A DNA stretch of 64,000 nucleotides from an uncultured Acidobacteriota bacterium (GTDB lineage: Bacteria; Acidobacteriota; Terriglobia; Bryobacterales; Bryobacteraceae). Of the stretch, positions 1-10,637 are shown piece after piece. A model generated the notes under the pieces. The model did not search any database, was not told the DNA's origin, and worked only from the letters and a program-made list of their open reading frames with translations. Location of the stretch: assembly GCA_963720745.1 (NCBI GenBank), contig CAVRGO010000004.1:3446797-3510796 (forward strand). The letters run 5' to 3'. How positions within the stretch are numbered: the first letter of the stretch is position 1; each line of letters opens with the position of its first letter. Made by a program: the position numbers and the translations under genes.

Positions 1-26
1 AGGCTCCGGACGGTTACACTGGAAGC

Positions 27-884
27 ATGGCCACATTTGTGACCCTGGGATCCCAGAAACTCGATCCCGGCGTGCTGAATCAGAAGCAGGACGATCTCCT
101 TGCGAGGCTTCGCGCCATGGGGCGTGTCATCGTCGCGTATTCCGGCGGAACGGACTCCGCTTATCTCGCATGGGCGGCGCACGAGGCGCTCGGCGACAAT
201 GCCGTTGCGATCACGGCCGACTCGGCTTCCATTCCCGAGTCGCACAAGCGCGATGCCGAAGAGTTCGCACGCTCATGCGGATTCCGGCACGAGTACGTGG
301 ACACCCACGAATTCGACAATCCCGACTACGTCCGTAACGCACCGGACCGTTGCTTTCACTGCAAGGACGAACTGTTCAGCAGGCTCGAGCAGTTGGGCGC
401 GGAACGCGGGATCCAGCACATCGTGTACGGAGTGAATGTCGATGACCTGGGCGACTACCGGCCGGGGCAGCAGGCCGCGCGCTCGCATGAAGTGAAGGCG
501 CCGCTGGTGGACGCGCGGTTGACCAAGGCCGAGATCCGTGAGCTTTCCCGCCTCGCCGGGCTGCCCACTTGGGACAGGCCCGCATCGGCGTGCTTGAGTT
601 CGCGAATCCCCTATGGCACTCCCGTGACCAAGGAAACCATAAAGACGGTCGAGGATGGCGAGGAAGCGATTCGGGCGCTGGGTTTCCGCCAATTCCGGGT
701 GCGGTTTCACGGTGAACTCGTCCGGCTCGAGATCGCGAGGGACGAACTCGAACGCGCGCTGACGCTCGAAATGGCGGACAGGTTCACGAAGATCTTCAAG
801 CCGCTCGGGTTCCACTATGTGACCATCGACCTCGAAGGCTACCGGCAGGGTTCGTTGAATGCGGCGTTGGGCCGCGGCGAATGA
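27..884 (+). CDS. larE: PP-loop ATP pyrophosphatase, LarE-type sacrificial sulfur transferase family (TIGR00268-like)
   Basis: N-terminal SGGTDS PP-loop motif and a conserved CFHCK cysteine region. The stop overlaps the next gene's start as ATGA. Confidence 0.8.
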   Translation: MATFVTLGSQKLDPGVLNQKQDDLLARLRAMGRVIVAYSGGTDSAYLAWAAHEALGDNAVAITADSASIPESHKRDAEEFARSCGFRHEYVDTHEFDNPDYVRNAPDRCFHCKDELFSRLEQLGAERGIQHIVYGVNVDDLGDYRPGQQAARSHEVKAPLVDARLTKAEIRELSRLAGLPTWDRPASACLSSRIPYGTPVTKETIKTVEDGEEAIRALGFRQFRVRFHGELVRLEIARDELERALTLEMADRFTKIFKPLGFHYVTIDLEGYRQGSLNAALGRGE

Positions 885-1201
885 GGGCCACGCTAACGCA
901 CAACCGCAGCGTGGAAGAAATCAAGCGGAACGTGGACCGCAGCTTCGACGACATCTTCCAAGGTCTGCCGATCGGGCCGATTCAAATCACCGATGAGCAG
1001 AGGACGTGGGCTGGTTCGACGCTCAACTTCTCGTTCAACGCACGAGCGGCTTTCATGGCGATACCCGTGAAGGGCTGGATTCTCGTGGAGGAGAAGCTGA
1101 TCACGGTCGAAGTGGATCTGCCGCCGTTCGTGAACCAATTGATTCCGGAGGAAAAGGTGAAGCGGGCGGTGGAGAGTCGCGTGCGGGGTTTGCTGACGTA
1201 G
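881..1201 (+). CDS. small protein, tentatively polyhydroxyalkanoic-acid-system family (PHA_gran_rgn-like)
   Basis: A 106-aa ORF translationally coupled to larE. The family assignment rests only on my recall of the pattern (VxVDLP... region). Confidence 0.5.
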   Translation: MRATLTHNRSVEEIKRNVDRSFDDIFQGLPIGPIQITDEQRTWAGSTLNFSFNARAAFMAIPVKGWILVEEKLITVEVDLPPFVNQLIPEEKVKRAVESRVRGLLT

Positions 1202-1337
1202 TACGCCACTTCAGAAGGTCAGGTAACGTCTTGCAGGGAGCGACCGTGGTGCCCACCGCGTCGTCGCCGGATTGCTGGTCCGCGGCGTCGTTCGCCGGGG
1301 CTCGAAATCGTCCGCCGACGCGCCTTCGCCCAAGACG

Positions 1338-1505
1338 ATGAGCCAAGAGTGGGACGAACTGGCGGCCGACGAGCGGGTGGCGATAGTCCACCTCGGTTTT
1401 CACGACGCCGAGGACTACAAAGAACGCATCGAGCGTTCGCGAACCAAAAAAGCGGGCTGGTCGGACGCGGTAAAGGCGCTGTGCCGTCCGGTGGCGGCCG
1501 ACTAA
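1338..1505 (+). CDS. hypothetical small protein (about 55 aa from the internal ATG)
   Basis: An ORF sits in an otherwise empty stretch. It has no clear RBS and no recognisable domain. Confidence 0.25.
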   Translation: MSQEWDELAADERVAIVHLGFHDAEDYKERIERSRTKKAGWSDAVKALCRPVAAD

Positions 1506-2183
1506 AACGGAGCTCCATCCCCGGCAAATCGGAGCTGCTGCGTTTCAGCGCGGTATCGCGAACTGGCGTGCTCCGTGCACGGCGTCCAAGGCATCGGCTC
1601 GGCTGTCTCCAGATCGAGCGCGTCACCCCACCCACCGCAGCGGGCGCGCGGCAAACCGCCGAAACACGTCGCAACTGGTAGCGCATATCCAGACACACAC
1701 CATGGACTGACGCCGATGGCAGTATTGAGAGGACGCGAGCCCCGCCAGAACCGGATCATGGCAGGCGCGCGGGTACGCCCTGCCCCATGCACCATAGGTC
1801 AGAGGCTTGACCCGCCCGGTCAATTCCGGGGGGAAAGTTCGGGAGCGACCCGGACGAGACCGCCGCTCAAGTCCCGCCAAGCGGTCTTCAAGAAAACGCT
1901 TGCGGCACATGCTGACGACCTACGCCGGCTGTCCAGTCGCGGGGCTATTTCATCGTTCGGCAAACCTTCGGCGCCCAGCACGGTCATCTTGGCGCGAACG
2001 CCCTCAAAACACGACAACGAATATCGGGGGTGCGACGGCGAAGTTCCCGCTCTTCGGCGGCTGACAGCAGGATGAATACGGCTGGGTGTGGCATCGCGGA
2101 GCGCACCTCTGATCCCGACATCCCATACGTTCGCGAATCTCTTTCAATCGCAGAATACGTTGATGTATTCACTAAAGGAGTAC

Positions 2184-3500
2184 TTAGCTCGGCCGTCGTT
2201 TCCGCTCCGCGATTTCGGCCATTCGTTCCGCGATGCGCTTCTCGATGCCCCGCTCGGTCGGATGGTAGAATCGCGTTTCGCGCAGGCCGTCCGGCAGGCA
2301 CGACATGTCGGTAATCGCTTCCGAGAACTGGTGCGCGTGCTGGTACCCTTTGCCGTAACCCCACTCCTTCATAGCGCGCGTGGGCGCATTGCGCAGGTGC
2401 AGGGGCACCGGTTCGGCGGTGCTGTTCTGAATGGTGGACATGACGCTATTCAGGGCCTGATAGGCGGCGTCGGATTTTGGAGCGACTGCCAGGTAGATTG
2501 TGATCTGCGCCAATGCCTGATCGCCCTCCGGTTCGCCTAAGAAATGCACGCACTGCTGCGCGGCTATGGCCTGCTCGAGCGCGCGAGGGTCGGCCATTCC
2601 GATATCCTCAATCGCCATTCGTACCAGCCGACGGGCGATGTACATCCGGTCCTCGCCGCCCGCCAGCATGCGTCCCAGCCAGTACAGCGCCGCGTCCACA
2701 TCGCTCGAACGCACCGATTTGTGGAGCGCCGAAATGAGGTTGTAGTGTTCTTCGCCCGATTTGTCGTAGACCAGCGTCTTGTGCTGCAGCGCGTCTTCCA
2801 CCGCCTGTGGCGTCAGGTCCTGATCCGGGGACGCCGCCACCACGAGTTCGAGAATGTTGTAGGCTGAGCGCGCATCGCCGTTCGCGTAGATAGCGATGGT
2901 TTCCAGCAGTTCGTCGCTGGCCTGTTTCTCGAGCGACCCCAGCCCCCGCACCCGGTCCGTTAACGCGCGACGCAGAAGCGTCACCACTTCGGCGACCGTC
3001 AGCGACCGCAGTGCGTACACTTTGGCGCGCGAAAGCAGAGCCGAGACCACTTCGAAGGACGGGTTCTCGGTGGTCGCTCCGATCAGAATGATGTCACCGC
3101 GTTCGACATACGGAAGGAACGCATCCTGCTGCGCTTTGTTGAACCGGTGAATCTCGTCGATGAAGATCAGCGTGCGGCGCCCGATGCGGCGCGCTTTCTC
3201 GGCGTCGGCCATCACGGCCTTGATTTCTTTGATGCCGCTCAGCACGGCGCTGAAGGGTATGAAATCGCACCGCGTAATCCGCGCGACGAGGTTTGCGAGC
3301 GTCGTCTTTCCCACCCCCGGAGGGCCCCATAGAATAATCGAACTCAGTTGATCGCGTTCGATCTGGACGCGCAGCGGTTTTCCGGGACCGAGCACGTGCT
3401 CCTGGCCCACGAACTCGTCGAGCGCGTGAGGACGCATGCGCTCGGCAAGCGGGCGCGTCGGGTCCGGTTCAGGCGGAGGAAGTGCGTCGAACAGGCTCAT
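2184..3500 (-). CDS. rarA: replication-associated recombination protein A (AAA+ ATPase RarA/MgsA)
   Basis: Walker A motif GPPGVGKTT and RarA-family sequence along the full length of a 438-aa ORF. Confidence 0.92.
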   Translation of the reverse strand: MSLFDALPPPEPDPTRPLAERMRPHALDEFVGQEHVLGPGKPLRVQIERDQLSSIILWGPPGVGKTTLANLVARITRCDFIPFSAVLSGIKEIKAVMADAEKARRIGRRTLIFIDEIHRFNKAQQDAFLPYVERGDIILIGATTENPSFEVVSALLSRAKVYALRSLTVAEVVTLLRRALTDRVRGLGSLEKQASDELLETIAIYANGDARSAYNILELVVAASPDQDLTPQAVEDALQHKTLVYDKSGEEHYNLISALHKSVRSSDVDAALYWLGRMLAGGEDRMYIARRLVRMAIEDIGMADPRALEQAIAAQQCVHFLGEPEGDQALAQITIYLAVAPKSDAAYQALNSVMSTIQNSTAEPVPLHLRNAPTRAMKEWGYGKGYQHAHQFSEAITDMSCLPDGLRETRFYHPTERGIEKRIAERMAEIAERKRRPS

Positions 3501-4273
3501 GCCGGACCTCGCTGCCGCCGGGCTTCATACAGTACGATTCCCGCGGCTACCGCGGCGTTCAGGGATTCGACTTTCGTGGTGGGAATTCGCAGGCCCGTGG
3601 CTCCGCTGCTGAATGCGGGGCGGACTCCGCGGCCCTCGCTGCCAATGACGATGGCGCAGGGATGCCGCAGGACGGCCTCGTGGACCGGAATCGCGCCATC
3701 CGGGAACATACCGAACAGTTGCAAGCCGTTGCGACGAACCGCATCGACGAGCGCCGAGTCTTCTACAGCGTGGATGCAGGGAAGGCGAAACAGGGATCCT
3801 GCCGATGCTCGCAGCGATTTCGGATTGTAGGGGTTCACGGTGCCTTTCAGGAAGACGACGCCGGATGCGGCGAACGCTTCGGCGACCCGCACGATGGCGC
3901 CCGCATTCCCGGGTTCCTGCACGCCATCGAGCACTACCCACAACGCTTCGTCCGCGGGCAACTGTTCGAGCGTCCAAGAAGGAGGACGCACCAGGGTGAT
4001 GATGCCCTGCGAAGCTTCAGTAGCCGCGATCTCTTTGAAAAGGGAATCGGGTATCCAGTGCAGACGCGCGACGGGCAGATTGTCGAACTTGCCGGCTGCG
4101 CTTTCGGCCACAAGTACCGCGCCAATCTCGCAGCCGCTGCGAAGCGCTTCGTCGAGCAGGTGAACGCCCTCAGCAACGCACAATCCCGAATCGGTCAACG
4201 CGCCACGCGCAATCGCCTTGCGGACTTCCTTCAACAACGGGTTTTTAGAACTGGTGAGGGTTTCGGTTTTCAT
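3497..4273 (-). CDS. TrmH/SpoU-family RNA 2'-O-methyltransferase
   Basis: SpoU methylase fold motifs. The stop overlaps the rarA start by 4 nt. I chose the MKTETLTS internal start; the ORF track extends to 4378. Confidence 0.8.
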   Translation of the reverse strand: MKTETLTSSKNPLLKEVRKAIARGALTDSGLCVAEGVHLLDEALRSGCEIGAVLVAESAAGKFDNLPVARLHWIPDSLFKEIAATEASQGIITLVRPPSWTLEQLPADEALWVVLDGVQEPGNAGAIVRVAEAFAASGVVFLKGTVNPYNPKSLRASAGSLFRLPCIHAVEDSALVDAVRRNGLQLFGMFPDGAIPVHEAVLRHPCAIVIGSEGRGVRPAFSSGATGLRIPTTKVESLNAAVAAGIVLYEARRQRGPA

Positions 4274-4346
4274 TGGCGGGGCCCGTCCCGGCGCGGGGAT
4301 ATGCATGCGGCTGATACAGTAAATCTCTGAAGGCCCAGAATAGCGC

Positions 4347-4934
4347 ATGAAACGAATTCTGTGGGCTGTTGCGGGCATCCTGGTCGCGAGTTATGCGGCG
4401 TGGTTGTTCCACATTGCCCAGCAGATCAAGGCGGAGTCGTCTGTCGACGAGGCGCGACCTGCCGACATCATCATCGTTCTCGGGGCCGCTGAGTATCGCG
4501 GCCGTCCCTCGCCCGTGCTGGAAGCGCGGCTCAATCATGCTCTCTTTTTGTATCTGCAGCAAATGGCTCCCCTGATTCTCACCACCGGAGGCGCGGGCGG
4601 CGATCCGGTGTTTACGGAGAGCGAGGTGGGCCGCGCATACCTGAGCCGGCGGGGCGTCCCTTCAGAAGCGATTCTGGTGGAACCTGAAGGCGAGAGCACG
4701 GCCCACAGTACGGCGGCCGCGGCGGAAATGATGGAGCGGCGCGGATTGAATAGTTGCATCGTAGTCAGCGACGGCTATCACATCTATCGCGTGAAGAAGA
4801 TGCTTCAATTCCAGGGGCTACAGGTCTACGGCTCGCCGCGGCCTTCGGTACCCAAGCCGGGTTGGGGGCAATACTGGCTGTACCTCCGGCAGGCCGTTGC
4901 GTACACTCTCTGGCAAATCGGCGTGACCATCTGA
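4347..4934 (+). CDS. YdcF/DUF218 (ElyC/SanA-like) family protein
   Basis: N-terminal TM helix, DUF218 core (IIVLGAA...GG) and YdcF-like C-terminus. Confidence 0.85.
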   Translation: MKRILWAVAGILVASYAAWLFHIAQQIKAESSVDEARPADIIIVLGAAEYRGRPSPVLEARLNHALFLYLQQMAPLILTTGGAGGDPVFTESEVGRAYLSRRGVPSEAILVEPEGESTAHSTAAAAEMMERRGLNSCIVVSDGYHIYRVKKMLQFQGLQVYGSPRPSVPKPGWGQYWLYLRQAVAYTLWQIGVTI

Positions 4935-4943
4935 CGGGGCACG

Positions 4944-6419
4944 CTATCCCGGCAGCGTGAAGTGGAACGTCGCGCCCTGGTCGGCAGCAGCTTCCACCCA
5001 AATCCGCCCGCCGTGCTTCTCGACAATCCTTTTGCAGATCGCGAGCCCGAGCCCGGTTCCGGGATACTCCGGGCCGTGCAGCCGTTTGAACAATCCGAAC
5101 ACGCGCTCGTGATACTCGGGCGCGATGCCGATTCCATTGTCGGCCACCGAGATCTGCCACTCGTCTCCCGCCTGTTGTGCCGAGATGCGGACTACCGGCT
5201 GTTTTTCGCCGCGGTATTTGATCGCGTTGCTCAGCAGGTTCTGGAACAACTGCGCCAATTCCGTGCGGTCGCCGTACACCACCGGAAGGTTTTCGAATTC
5301 GATAAGCGCCTGACTCTCGCGGACCGAGTGCTGCAGATTCATCATGGCCCACTGAACGATGCCGGTTAGTGCCGTCTCCTCACGAGGAGGGGCGTCCTGG
5401 TTTACTACCCGCGAGTAAACGAGCAGGTCGCGGATCAAGCGATCCATGCGCCGTACCGAATCGGTGATATAGCCGAAGAACTCTCCTGCTTCTTCATCCA
5501 AGACGGAGCGGTACCGCTGTCCGATTAGCTGGGAGTACGAGTTGATGGTCCGGAGCGGTTCCTGCAGGTCGTGACTGGTGACGTAGGCGAATTGCTGCAA
5601 ATCCGCATTGGAACGTTCCAGGGCTTCACGCTGTCGTACGAGTTCCGCTTCGGCGGCTTTTCGCGCGGTGATGTCGGTCGCAATAATCAGCGAACCGGCG
5701 AAACGGCCCCACTCGTCGAGCATGGGCGTGCCGGAAACATCCACCCAGATCGGCGTGCCGTCTTTGCGTCGCAGCCGGATCTCGTACCGATCCGTGGCGC
5801 CGGTTTTCCTGCGTTCAAACCGGCGAATCGCTTCTTCGCGGTCATCCGAGGCGATTGGGTCGAATACGGAACGGCCCACGATCTCGGACAGTGAATATCC
5901 GGTGAGGACCGCGGCAGGAGGATTCGCGTACGTAATGCGGCCTTGTGCATCGATCACGCAAATCGCTTCCGCGACCGTCTCGACGATGCGCCGGTAGAGG
6001 TTTTCATTAGCGATGAATTCACGCTCGGCGCGCTTGCGGTCGGTGATCTCGTAAGCGACGCCGGCCATGCCCTCGCGGCCTGTGCCGCTAGTGACTGGAG
6101 CCCCGTTCAGCGCTACCCAGACCTCGCGCGGCCCCGCGCTCAACAGACGGAACTCGATTGAGAACGGCGCCTTTCCGTTGACCGCTTCCAGCCATCTGTC
6201 GGCTACACGCTGCCGGTGTTCCGGGTGAATGCTAGCCGTGACCTCGGCGAGATCCCTTTCACCGGGCACGAGCCCCAGGCGCGGGATCGCAAAACCCGCC
6301 AGCGTAACCCGGCCTGTGACCTTATCCCACTGCCAAGCGACCGTCTGCGCCGAGTCGAGAGCGGTTTGCAGCCACGACTTCGCTCCCCCAGAGGCTCCGG
6401 TGTTACAGCCCTGATGCAT
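4944..6419 (-). CDS. PAS-domain sensor histidine kinase
   Basis: PAS repeats, H-box SHDLQEPLRTI, and a HATPase_c domain with N/G boxes. No response regulator is adjacent. Confidence 0.9.
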   Translation of the reverse strand: MHQGCNTGASGGAKSWLQTALDSAQTVAWQWDKVTGRVTLAGFAIPRLGLVPGERDLAEVTASIHPEHRQRVADRWLEAVNGKAPFSIEFRLLSAGPREVWVALNGAPVTSGTGREGMAGVAYEITDRKRAEREFIANENLYRRIVETVAEAICVIDAQGRITYANPPAAVLTGYSLSEIVGRSVFDPIASDDREEAIRRFERRKTGATDRYEIRLRRKDGTPIWVDVSGTPMLDEWGRFAGSLIIATDITARKAAEAELVRQREALERSNADLQQFAYVTSHDLQEPLRTINSYSQLIGQRYRSVLDEEAGEFFGYITDSVRRMDRLIRDLLVYSRVVNQDAPPREETALTGIVQWAMMNLQHSVRESQALIEFENLPVVYGDRTELAQLFQNLLSNAIKYRGEKQPVVRISAQQAGDEWQISVADNGIGIAPEYHERVFGLFKRLHGPEYPGTGLGLAICKRIVEKHGGRIWVEAAADQGATFHFTLPG

Positions 6420-6476
6420 TGTGGTTTATTCTAGCGATCTTGCGGCTTCGGTTGTTGCCGCGCCCGGCATTCTAAA

Positions 6477-7958
6477 ATGGCACTCGGGAACTCAAAGTTC
6501 GTGTCACGACTCCAAGCCATTGCCAATCGTCAGTTTGATATCGCCGTAATCGGCGGAGGAATCATCGGTGCGGGTATCGCTCGCGATGCGGCCCTGCGGG
6601 GCTTCTCAGTGTGCCTGTTCGAGAAATCCGACTACGCCAGCGGCACCACATCCGGATCGACCCGGCTGATCCACGGTGGACTGCGTTACCTGGAGATGTT
6701 CGATTTCGCGCTCGTCCGAATGGATCTCCGCGAACGCGAAACGCTGCTTCGCATTGCACCGCACCTGGTAAAGCCGCTCGAATTCCTGATTCCGTTCTAC
6801 AGCAAATCGCTGTTCGAACGGTGGAAGATGCACGCGGGCATGCTGCTCTATGACGCCTTGAGCTACGACAAGAGCCTGCCGGGTTACCGCGCCTTGGACG
6901 TGGATGAATTGATGGAAGCTGAACCGGCGCTGCGGCGGGAAGGATTGCAAGGGGGCGTCGCATACTTCGATGCCCAAGTGTCGTCGCCCGAACTGCTCAC
7001 CGTGGAGAACATTGTCGATGCGCGGGCAAACGGTGCAGAGGCATTCAACTATGCCGAAGTCACCGGCGCGGCAGGGGAGAATGGCCGAATGTCAGGCGTG
7101 CGCGTCCGCGACGCCGTCGATGGCGAGGAGATCGAAGTGCGGTCGCGGGTGGTGATCAATGCGAGCGGACCCTGGTTTGACAGGGTAGCGGGTCGCATCA
7201 CGCCCGACGCACCGAAACGGATCCGCACGACGAAAGGTATTCACGTCGCGTGTCCACCATTGACCCGGCGTGCGATAGTGCTCTTCTCGGCAATCGACGA
7301 ACGATTGTTCTTCATCATCCCGCTGCTCGACTTCACTTGGGTGGGCACAACCGATACCGACTATACCGACGATCCATCGAACGTTCAGGCAACCAGTGAG
7401 GACGTGGAATACCTGCTGCGCTCGGCGGCGGAATACGTGTCCGCGATTGGGGACTCACCCGTTTATTGGGCCAATGCCGGAGTGCGCGCGCTTGTAATGC
7501 AGGAAGGGCGGGAATCCGATGTGTCTCGATCGCATCGGATCGAATCGTCGGATGGTCTTGTTTCCGTACTCGGCGGCAAGATCACCGGGTATCGGTACAT
7601 TGCCGAGGAGGCGGTAGATGGGGCGGCGAAGCAACTCGGTTCAGGCGCGGCCTGTACCACGGGCGAACGTCCGTTGCCGGGAGCAGCGAGGGCGGGGCAG
7701 CCCGAGGACCTCCGTACGGCAGTGCGCCGCGCGGCTTCAGCGGAGCAATGCTACCACCTGCGAGACTTCATGCTGCGGCGATCGACGATCGGATTGATGG
7801 CCGATCAAGGCGAGCCCGAGGTCGACGAAGTTGCGGTGTATCTCGCCGAAGAACTCGGATGGGATGGACAGAGAATGCGCACGGAAATCGAGGAATACGA
7901 GGCGGTTCGCGCCCGCACTCGGGAGTTCGTACGTGAAGGTGTGCCGCGTAACCTGTAA
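6477..7958 (+). CDS. glpD: FAD-dependent glycerol-3-phosphate dehydrogenase
   Basis: GxGxxG FAD fold (DIAVIGGGIIGAGIA) and GlpD/GlpA family along its length. Confidence 0.88.
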   Translation: MALGNSKFVSRLQAIANRQFDIAVIGGGIIGAGIARDAALRGFSVCLFEKSDYASGTTSGSTRLIHGGLRYLEMFDFALVRMDLRERETLLRIAPHLVKPLEFLIPFYSKSLFERWKMHAGMLLYDALSYDKSLPGYRALDVDELMEAEPALRREGLQGGVAYFDAQVSSPELLTVENIVDARANGAEAFNYAEVTGAAGENGRMSGVRVRDAVDGEEIEVRSRVVINASGPWFDRVAGRITPDAPKRIRTTKGIHVACPPLTRRAIVLFSAIDERLFFIIPLLDFTWVGTTDTDYTDDPSNVQATSEDVEYLLRSAAEYVSAIGDSPVYWANAGVRALVMQEGRESDVSRSHRIESSDGLVSVLGGKITGYRYIAEEAVDGAAKQLGSGAACTTGERPLPGAARAGQPEDLRTAVRRAASAEQCYHLRDFMLRRSTIGLMADQGEPEVDEVAVYLAEELGWDGQRMRTEIEEYEAVRARTREFVREGVPRNL

Positions 7959-8040
7959 GAAATACCGAACCAATCCGCAAACACCTAGGGCTAACTCCAA
8001 CTAAATTCAGGCTGGTAGACCGCGTGCTGTATTTCGTCTG

Positions 8041-10470
8041 GTGACGAGTAACGTACAGCCGCCGGAGATCCTGCCGCCCGATACAGTGGAAGAGTCGAAC
8101 CGTGCGCTGGAGGTGGAGCCAGACGCCGCTACTCCGCCGCCCGAAGGATCGAGGAAGGTTCCGGCCGCGCTGAAGTTCGTGCGAAAGTATGGCGTTCTTC
8201 TGATGCTGGCGCTGGCGGTCGCTCTCATTGTTCCCGCTGGATCGGCATATTCCAGGTATTACCGCGTTGTGACGCGCACGTTGCACTTTGGTCCATTCGC
8301 CAATACATCAAACATTTTTACCGCGCCGCGTGTGCTCGATACTGGGGCGGAAATTTCGATGTCGAGCATCGCTTCCGGGCTGGCGCGCTCGGGCTACACC
8401 GAGTCGCGCTCCAACCGGAAGGGCTGGTACATATTGGGGAAGGACAGCATCGAGATACATCCCGGTCCGGATTCGCACGTCGGAGCGGACGCAGCTCTGG
8501 TGCGCTACAAAAAGGACCGTATCTCCGAGATCGTGACCTTGGATGGGCACCGGAAGCTGCCGCAGTATTTTCTCGAACCGGAACTGATTGCGAACATCGC
8601 CGACGACGACCGGGAGAAGCGCCGGCTGGTGACTTACAGCGAGATTCCGCCGGTGGTCGTGAAGGCCGTAATCTCCGCCGAGGATAAACGGTTTTTCGAC
8701 CACATGGGATTCGATGTGTTGCGATTGGCTAAGGCGGCGTATGTCGATCTCAAGTACGGGCGCAAACAGCAAGGCGCTTCAACGATCACCATGCAACTCG
8801 CGCGTTCGTTGTGGTTGAGCCCTGAAAAGCGCTGGCGGAGGAAATTCAGCGAAGGCATGATCACGCTGGTGCTCGAGCAGCGGCTGACCAAGCAGGAGAT
8901 CTTCCAGTATTACGCCAACGAGGTATATCTCGGCCGCAGTAACAGTTTCAGCATCCACGGTTTGGGAGAAGCATCGAGTGTCTATTTCCAGAAGGACATC
9001 TCGCGGGTAACGCTGCCCGAGGCCGCGATGCTCGCGGGCATGATCCAGCGGCCGGCTTATTACAATCCGGAGCGGTATCCCGATCGCGCAAAGCAACGCC
9101 GGAATACGGTGCTTCGCTTGATGCGACACAACGGGTATATCACTACCGCGCAGTTTGAAGCGGCGTCGAAGGCTCCGATCGAAATTCAGCGGAACCAAAC
9201 CGCTTCAGGCGACGCGCCCTATTTTGTCGCTTTGCTGAACCATGAACTTCAGGACCGTCTGCGGAACGACCAGGGACGCGGGGCGCTTCAGGTCTATTCA
9301 ACGCTCGACCCCGATCTGCAGCGCGCCGCCACCGATGCTGTTCGCGAATCGCTACCCCGGCTGGACAAACTGGTTCGCGCAAAGGGCGTGGCCAAAGATG
9401 GAGTTTTGCCGCAGGTTGCCCTGGTGGCGCTCGACCCTCGTACGGGAGCCGTGAAGGCGCTGGTCGGAGGGCGCGACTATGGCGTCAGTCAACTAAATCA
9501 TGCTCTGTCGATGCGCCAGCCCGGATCGGTATTTAAGCCCTTCGTCTATGCGGCCGCGCTGAACACGGCGCTCGACGGATCGTCGACGGTGTTCACGCCG
9601 GTGAGTACGGTGATCGATGAACCGGAGACATTCTACTTCCGAAATCAGGTATACCAACCTTCGAATTTCGAAGGCCAGTTCTACGGACCGGTGACCGTGC
9701 GCGAGGCGATGGCGAAATCGATGAACCTGGCAACGCTGAAGATTGCCGAGCAGGTGGGTTACGACAAGATCGTGAATGTCGCGCGAAAGTGCGGCCTCAA
9801 CGACAATATTCAGGCAACGCCCGCGGTCGCGCTGGGGGCGTATGAGACGACGCCGCTCGAGATGGCCGGCGCCTATACCGTGTTCGCGAATCGCGGGGAG
9901 TATGTACCGCCCACCTTCATCTCGAGGGTAAGCATGGAGGATGTGGGATTGGTACTCGATAAGACGGCGCACTCCCACCCCGCTCTCGATCCGCGGGTGG
10001 CCTTCTTAATGGGCGATCTGCTGCAGCAGGTGACGAGAACTGGGACGGCAGCGTCGGTTGGCGGCGCGGGCCTCGGAACACCTACCGCCGGCAAGACCGG
10101 CACCTCGCGCGATGGCTGGTTTGCGGGCTTCACGCCGGACCTGCTAACGGTAGTGTGGGTCGGCTTCGATGATAATCGCGAGCTGAAAATCGAGGGCGCG
10201 CACTCGGCGCTTCCGATCTGGATCAATTTCATGAAGCGTGCCGTGCGGTATCACCCGCCATCCAAGCGCTTCGATCCGCCGCCACGCGGAGTGGTGTCGG
10301 CCCGCGTCGATCCGGAGTCCGGATTACTGGCGGGAGACTACTGCGAAGGTCAGAATTATTTCTTCATCGCTGGAACCGAGCCCGTTCAGACCTGCCAGCC
10401 GCCTCCGACGACGAACCCGTTTCGCTGGATCGGCAATCACCTGTGGCCGCATTCCGACGGCGGCAAATAG
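8041..10470 (+). CDS. bifunctional penicillin-binding protein 1 (GT51 transglycosylase + transpeptidase)
   Basis: GT51 motifs (EDKRFFDH, GASTITMQL), transpeptidase SVFKP (SxxK) and KTGT. It uses a GTG start. Confidence 0.9.
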   Translation: MTSNVQPPEILPPDTVEESNRALEVEPDAATPPPEGSRKVPAALKFVRKYGVLLMLALAVALIVPAGSAYSRYYRVVTRTLHFGPFANTSNIFTAPRVLDTGAEISMSSIASGLARSGYTESRSNRKGWYILGKDSIEIHPGPDSHVGADAALVRYKKDRISEIVTLDGHRKLPQYFLEPELIANIADDDREKRRLVTYSEIPPVVVKAVISAEDKRFFDHMGFDVLRLAKAAYVDLKYGRKQQGASTITMQLARSLWLSPEKRWRRKFSEGMITLVLEQRLTKQEIFQYYANEVYLGRSNSFSIHGLGEASSVYFQKDISRVTLPEAAMLAGMIQRPAYYNPERYPDRAKQRRNTVLRLMRHNGYITTAQFEAASKAPIEIQRNQTASGDAPYFVALLNHELQDRLRNDQGRGALQVYSTLDPDLQRAATDAVRESLPRLDKLVRAKGVAKDGVLPQVALVALDPRTGAVKALVGGRDYGVSQLNHALSMRQPGSVFKPFVYAAALNTALDGSSTVFTPVSTVIDEPETFYFRNQVYQPSNFEGQFYGPVTVREAMAKSMNLATLKIAEQVGYDKIVNVARKCGLNDNIQATPAVALGAYETTPLEMAGAYTVFANRGEYVPPTFISRVSMEDVGLVLDKTAHSHPALDPRVAFLMGDLLQQVTRTGTAASVGGAGLGTPTAGKTGTSRDGWFAGFTPDLLTVVWVGFDDNRELKIEGAHSALPIWINFMKRAVRYHPPSKRFDPPPRGVVSARVDPESGLLAGDYCEGQNYFFIAGTEPVQTCQPPPTTNPFRWIGNHLWPHSDGGK

Positions 10471-10637
10471 CCCGCTGTCACCCGCACTTGCCGACTGAGG
10501 CAGGGAGTTCGAACCTGCGCCTCTCACACATCGCCAATGCGGTGTCTTAAGTTGTGGCACGATAGACAATTATCGGTGCGCGTCAGTACGGCTCGCACTC
10601 AAATCCTCTGGGACTGAGACAGACGCCCGTACGTACA

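Noticed and set aside
1820-1850. An RNase P P4-like sequence, GGGGGAAAGTTCGGGAGCG.
   Set aside because: It deviates from the GGAAAGUCCGGGCUCC consensus at key positions. None of the other universally conserved RNase P motifs (for example ACAGAAxCCGGCUUA) is found nearby.
3482-4330. Plus-strand ORFs of 282 aa and 150 aa overlapping trmH, and similar antisense ORFs elsewhere (273..815-, 10599..11255-, 13590..14537+, 44954..45691+, 34101..35216+).
   Set aside because: They lie antisense to well-supported genes, have low-complexity Arg/Ala/Pro-rich composition typical of high-GC shadow ORFs, and have no domain signatures.
10488-10515. A hairpin GGCAGG-GAGTTCGAA-CCTGC after the PBP gene that looks like a tRNA T-arm.
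   Set aside because: The loop is 9 nt, and there are no flanking D-arm or anticodon-arm elements. It is probably just a stem-loop, possibly a weak terminator.
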